DNA of 54,331 nucleotides from Catajapyx aquilonaris (lineage: Eukaryota): NCBI GenBank assembly GCA_000934665.2, contig KZ538680.1, forward strand, positions 1 to 54,331. Reading direction: 5' to 3'. The position numbers and the translations under genes were made by a program. Positions 48,201 to 54,331 of the stretch are shown piece after piece. The notes beneath the pieces were generated by a model. That model did no database searches, had not been told where the DNA came from, and saw nothing but the letters and a program-made list of their open reading frames with translations. Position 1 is the stretch's first letter, and each line of letters starts with the position of its first letter.

Positions 48201-49149
48201 ACAGTCACACCCAATATTTCAGCTGCGCGCTTCTGCATCTCTTTGCTGAAGCCACTTCAGAGTCCTTACGTGAACTCATTGCCAGGTATGGATTCACTTC
48301 ATCTGATTTCTTTGGTCACTTTGTTCACTGGAGGCGTTCCCCACAAGCAATGATCAAATTGCTGGCTATACCCAACTTGAGTTTAGTGGTATTTTATTTC
48401 GCTCATGATATGCTTAAGATAACATTCCACTACAGAGTGTTGCTGCAGCGCGTTATGGACAACAAACCACACCCATGGGGCCTTCTGATTACCCTTCTTG
48501 AGCTGATCAGGAACTCAAAGTACAAATTTTGGAACCACGACTTTGCCAACTGCTGTCCTGAGGTAGAAAAGTATGTGTCAGTCTTAAAGAGCTTCATCAA
48601 TTATTATTTATATGTAATAAGGGCTTTTTTTTCTCCTTTGGATGGATATGCACGGATTGTGTAAGATACAGTAGAATAAGCATGTGTGCATGGGTGCAAA
48701 ACATCTTTTGCACCCAGTTCGAATGCATTTCAGACACATCTTCTCCCTAATGTAAATGCACCTGCAAATGATATTCGAAGATTCAAAGTGAAATTCAAAC
48801 ATTTGCATTTATTTGTCAGTGAACTGGCATCGATATTTGATTAAGAACTTGGATTGTTCAAAAAAAAGTTTTCATCACCATAAATAGCAATTTGACACAT
48901 TTCAGTGAATTGAATGACATCACGAAACTTTATAAAAGAATTCCTGTTATCACAGCACTGATTTCTCAATATTGGTCAATTGACTCGTCATGGATATTTC
49001 TCTTCTTTTTACCCCTCCCACCTTCGCAACTCTTGTGTTCCCCATCTTGTCATTATCTTCAATCAATCAACAGTCTGGTTCAGTTACGTCCTGGTACGAG
49101 CATTGGGCAGGAGCAGACTGAGCCAATCCAAGAGGCAAAGATGGCCTAA
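45246..49149 (+). CDS. CNOT1-like: N-terminally truncated, divergent CCR4-NOT subunit 1 paralog (C-terminal third only), about 841 aa
   Basis: 11 GT-AG exons: 45246-45326, 45389-45574, 45636-46060, 46124-46472, 46560-46943, 47063-47473, 47582-47665, 47752-48013, 48153-48285, 48436-48570, 49074-49149; 2526 nt, no internal stop. CNOT1 motifs [85 protein letters not shown]. Confidence 0.93.
46177..46311 (+). repeat. 27-bp coding minisatellite x5 ([I/T]DESPGGST)
   Basis: ATTGATGAATCACCTGGAGGCTCCACG-like unit repeated five times in exon 4 of the CNOT1-like gene. Confidence 0.95.
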
Positions 49150-50188
49150 TAGCGCAGGCCGTACCCAAGAGGCAGCTCATCATGGAAAACGCTGAAAACC
49201 ATTGAGACACTGTGAGCCATAACACTGGACACAAAAGGTGTGATTAGTGATTAGTGAATCATGTGTAAGAATATCTGTGTCCAGGTTATTAAAACATGAA
49301 GGTTAATCCCCCCACCAAAAAAAGAAAAGTGGTAAAAGACTTGAATTTTTTGATGCCAAATGATTGTGCAACAAGGATACGTGCAGTACGGAGGTGGAAA
49401 TGATGCAGACGTGTGAGCTCGAACCTTTCCCCATAGCTTGTGAGAGTAGTGTTACACTTTAGTCCTCGTGTGTGAAGAAGGATGGGGAACAGAATAAGAA
49501 GTCTGGTGTACTTATAATCTGCCAGCAGAATGAAAGTCAGAATTGTAAGACACTTGTTGAGCTAAATACTCAGGTTTGACTGCACTTATTGGAATTTTTC
49601 TCGTAACTTTCAAATATCATTTAAACACAAAATGTTGTGTGTCATAACCCATTAGTAATAAAATGCTTGGGACCTTTATTGCATACACTGTACTGTAACT
49701 TACTGCATACAGTATAATTATAATTTGGTATAATCACAGTTTGTTATGTTCTGACTCAGATCCACGTTAATTTTCACCTAGACCTATATTTTCGATGTGA
49801 TAGACATAGAATAAATCAATGTGTGTGTGGCCTACGTACTTAATTATTGGCAGGTGAAAGATAAAAGGTTGCATGAAACGGCGCAGTTTGGCTTGATTTA
49901 CGACCAAAAAGACGTAAATCATCACTGGGGGCCAAATAACACGTTGCACACAGTCATGTCCACATGTATTAGTCACTAACTAGCACAATGATCACTGAGC
50001 CTGTACATGTTAGGTAGCACCTATTGTGACATTTGAGTTTGTCTTATTCTGTTCCACGTGTCGCAAATACTTCTCTCACATTACGATTGAATATTTTTGT
50101 TGAACATTTGAGTCACTAGTGACATCAGTGAGGAAGTTGGCCAGCGGAATAATGGAAACGATTTAATTAACCTTGTGACAGTGCAGAA

Positions 50189-52463
50189 ATGTCAAATTGG
50201 TATAGGACAAGTGGTATAGTGATGGTGACGGTTCTGGTGACTATGGGTGCATATGCTGATTTCCCATATGTGAAGACCAATTGGACAAACGAACAAGTGC
50301 TGGTTACTGCACTCATACATGACTTGTTGGGATCTAGCTGCGGCTTGGTGATTATCAGTGACATTGGTGACAACGGACGCATCTCTGCTGAATCCATCAC
50401 GATGCAGAGTGCCGCATATCGTCCGGTCATGTCTCTCAAGAGGATCACTGAAACTCATATGAAGCCAGTTTCCTTTACAGAGTTGTCACCACTATTTGGC
50501 GAGTGGACAAGACAGAAGTGCACCCTACATGTGATCATTCCGCGATCACCAAATGCCCTCTCCACTTTAGTGCTTCAACTGGCCAATATAGTGAGAGTGG
50601 ACAACCTGCGTCACCATTTTATGTTCCACTTGGAAACGTTTCCAGCTACAGACGTGTTGGTGACACACCCAATTCGTGGCATACGGAAAAAATTGGTGAC
50701 TCACTACAGAGATGGACGGCTCGAACTCTTTTCCGTGTGCATCTTCTGCCCCAAAGGTATTCACTTTATTATAGGCGTACCGTATATTGTTGTAATTTAA
50801 TTTTAATGAGAGATTTGGTGTCTCTGTTTGTCCAGAGTGCATGTAGTACCACTGCTTGTAGCACGACCATGAGAGTGGCAGGAGTGTGTGCCATCTATGT
50901 GAGGTACATGGTACTACGTGCATAGTACTATACTGTATAAATGATCATAGGTTAACTCAATTATTTCAGATGCACCGAGTCTGATCCCCCTGGGGCCGTA
51001 CCCGAGAGAGCCAGCCAGTCTGGAAATCTACCCGAACGTGTGGTCGGACATGCAGGGAGCCCCTCTCCTCCTGTCCATACCAGACCAATGGAACGACCTG
51101 CCCAACATGTCCGAGATCAGGTCCAAGATAGCTCTGGAGGGTCCCACTCCAACTCTGACCGCATTCGAGCACTACCTCCGCATCCTGTGCTGCTCTCTCA
51201 ATTGCAGCAATTTCGAGTACGTGCTAACTCCTGTCGACCCGACCCAGATGGAGTTGAAGTATCCCAACGGTACATGGGTAGGTCCGATCGGGACAGTCCA
51301 GTCCGGAAGGGCGCCCCTGACCGTGGCGAGCTTCATTACGGAACACTCGTACGCTGACCTCGCCATGGCGCAGTCCTTCGTCCACGAATACATCACGTTC
51401 GTCACCCACTCTCCCAGAGCTGTCCTGAAATGGCAAGCCCTATGCAGCCCATACAGCCCGACCCTGTGGATAGTAACTATGGCTACGAACTGCATCCTGG
51501 TCTGCGTGATTGCGGTGGTTCTGAAGCACACGGACAGCTACGCCCACTATAAGCTGCCATCCTTGTTGTTAGTAGGGGCCAGGTACGTGATCCGGTTCCT
51601 GATCGAGCAGGCCCAGCCTCTCACGATGGCCGACAGATTCTCTGGCCTCCATCTGATGCTGACCGTCTTCTTCTTGTACGGGATTCTGCTGACCAACGCG
51701 TACAAGACGCGGCTGCTGTCCCTGCTGACCAGTCCAGACAGGGAGGAGGTGCCGGTCACATTCAGACAGCTTCTGGACCAGTACAATCCTAGAGACCCGG
51801 ATTCCTACACGTGGGGGTCATCCATGTTTGAGACCCTGCTGCTCAACAATATCGGAATCACAACCGGTCTGGCTGACTACATCAGGCTGGCCACAGGCGA
51901 AATGTTTTCTAATCCATTCTCCTGCATGAGGGCTGCACAACGAAGAGGTATTTACCTTTATCATTAAATCATAGATGCAGTGATATGTTCCTAACCCCCA
52001 CTTGTTTTGTATACCTTCAGGTCAGTTCGCATGCGTGATTATATCGTTCTACTTGCGCCAGTACCAGCCCTTCTTCTCCAATTATCAAGGGCAACTGGAC
52101 CTGGTCACGTCAATCGACCGCATCCCATTCAGCAACATGGGAAGTGCTGTAGGTCGTGGTGAGGTCATAGCACCTATTGTTCACAACCTGGTTAAGGTGT
52201 CCAGCGAGAGTGGACTGGCCGACAAGTGGTGGAGGGACGAGCAGTTCATGTACTTCCTACGAACATGGGAAAAAATTCAGCTGGAGAAGAGCAAAGACGA
52301 GGAAGTTGAGACTGAGCTGGTGTCCGACCAGACAGTGGATCTGTCCAAACTGATCACCGTCTTCATCGGCTGGTCTGTCGGGCTGGGATTTGCAACCCTC
52401 GTGTTCTTAGGGGAATGGGCGACTTTCAAGGGCCACCCGACAAACACCGTGTATCTTCCTTAG
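50189..52463 (+). CDS. Divergent ionotropic receptor (array copy 3), about 662 aa
   Basis: Exons 50189-50756, 50970-51947, 52021-52463; NGTWVGPIG, PYSPTLW, IEQ, NAYKTRLLSLLTSP, ESGLADKW. Confidence 0.92.
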
Positions 52464-53243
52464 CAGGATGGATATTTACACGGATGTCGTTGTGGTTTGC
52501 AACCGACAGCACTCAGCAGGCTACCAGACAAACTGACTCGAATAATTGTGAGAAAAGCAGAAATTACTTGTCCATGTACTACTGTTACACCACATTATTG
52601 ATATGTATACGCAGACATGTGAGTTTCCTCACACATAGACATCCTGTAGCACTGTGACCTTTCCCCTATGTAAAAGTCAAGGCCATGTCCAAGTAATGGC
52701 TTCTTGAAGAAAACATTGTTAGAGAAGTGAAAATAAAGGAACCAGTTAAATTTCATTAACTTACTGCTTTTATTGTGTGTGAAAATAGAGCTCCATCAAT
52801 TACAGCAGCACTATAATTATACATTCACTACTTTCACTACGATTTCTGACGTAAATGATAACAAAATGCCAACCTTCATTTTTCCAGCGAGTTCTTCAGA
52901 CTTCCAGAAAAAGCAGAATGCCGAGATATTATCCGAATCACGCGATGTGTCGTGACAATTGGCTGTATGTAATGGTGGTGCTCAGGTGTTCTGTCAGCAG
53001 GTGTTAGTGATTTATGGTGATTAGGCCTATTTCTGCTCCTATTGTCCAGTTCGGCCAATCATGTTCTGGCAGTTAACGCGCCTGATTCGAGGGAAAGAGG
53101 AATGTTCGTAACATTTGAGTGACAACAACTGTGATGTGACGCTGGTGACCGATGTCACTGTCACCAATGCTGCATTATGGCGAATCAACAGCTTGCAAAA
53201 TTACATTTAAGGTTTGGATGGGTTTAAGTAGAGGCAGAAAATT

Positions 53244-54331
53244 ATGATGTTCGTATATTTAGTGACTATGGTGATAATAATCGGTAGTAATGCTCATGAA
53301 TTGCGGGTGAACAACACTTTAACGCTGGAAGAAGTGTTAGTGACGCGGCTTGTCCAGGATCTGCTGACTACCGATTGCGGATTGGTGGTGATCAGTGATA
53401 TCGGTGACAATGGACGCGTCACTGGGGAAGCATCGTTCCAGGAGTGGTCTTCTTATCGATCGGTGATATCATTCAAAAGTAACCCCGAATCCGACGCTCA
53501 ACCCCTCGTTTCGTTCACCAATTTGTCACCACTCGCTGGCACCTGGATCGGAGAGCCCTGCACTCTTCACGTGATCCTGCCATCGTCACCAAACCGCACC
53601 GCTGCCATGGTGCTTCACCTTTCTAAGAAGGTCCGTTTGGACAACTTACGTCACAAATTTCTAATACACATGACCGAATCACCACCACTGGACAAATTAG
53701 TGACCCAACCGATTCACGGTGTGAAACTCAAATTGGTGACTCACTACCAGAAATGCAAACAGCGGCTTTGGCTGTCCACAGTTTGCTTCTTTTGCCGACT
53801 TGGTAAGTGACACTGCTACTCCATTTTAAAAATTACGCTACAGATGAATCTTTTAACGAGTGCACACCACAGTTCGCGCAGTTGTCAGAAACGGAGCTGC
53901 GCGAGTGTGGGTGCGCACTGGGGTGAGCTGCCGTCAGATATGAGAAGACCGTAACTCAATGTCCACTTCCGCTTGCGGCGAGAAAAGAAAGCAAGTGGTA
54001 CCAAAAGCACCCAACAGATGGAGTTGGGGTGCCGTTCCTTTTCCCCCATTCCCCCAACGCCACCTCTTGGATGCTTTCGGTAACACTTGCTTTCTTTTCT
54101 CGCCGCAAGGGAAGTGGATATTGAGTTACGGTCCTCTCACATCTGACGGCAGTGAGGTTGTAAAGAAATTCAGCGCTGCTAAACTAACGGTCCATACCCT
54201 CGTCATTCATCCCCAGGCGAGCCAACAATGTTAGACGTGGGTGCGTACCCTTATTCTGACCCTAGACCTGACCTGTACCCTGACGTGTGGACCAACCATC
54301 ACGGCCGCCCTCTGCTCATGTCCCTACCAAT
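53244..54331 (+). CDS. Divergent ionotropic receptor (array copy 4), 5' part; runs off the window
   Basis: Exon 53244-53802 is homologous to exon 1 of the other copies (CGLVVISD, CTLHVI, VRLDNLRH, CFFC). Exon 2 starts at 54217 (GEPTMLDVGAY...DLYPDVW). Confidence 0.9.
53928..54152. mobile_element. Foldback MITE with apparent 4-bp TSD (TGAG) in IR intron
   Basis: TGAG|CTGCCGTCAGAT...ATCTGACGGCAG|TGAG; about 100-bp arms including CTTGCGGCGAGAAAAGAAAGCAAGTG / CACTTGCTTTCTTTTCTCGCCGCAAG. Confidence 0.85.

Overview
Compact eukaryotic genomic DNA with short GT-AG introns, most likely from an arthropod (inferred from gene content; the species cannot be determined). I spliced the gene models by hand. 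From left to right: low-confidence unknown exons; a small 3-TM ORF; a BC-box/LRR gene (-); three divergent tandem tetraspanins (+) with a frameshifted, otherwise intronless ionotropic receptor (IR) gene (-) among them; a cAMP-dependent protein kinase inhibitor (PKI, -) with a large MITE-rich and CRE-rich intron/upstream region; CTNNBL1; Mff/Tango11; and a tandem array of four divergent IRs. The IR array is interrupted by an intact, 11-exon, N-terminally truncated and strongly diverged CNOT1 paralog that carries a new 5x9-aa repeat. This is the most unusual item in the window. About a dozen foldback/MITE elements, several microsatellites and two N gaps are also present. I found no RNA genes or CRISPR arrays.
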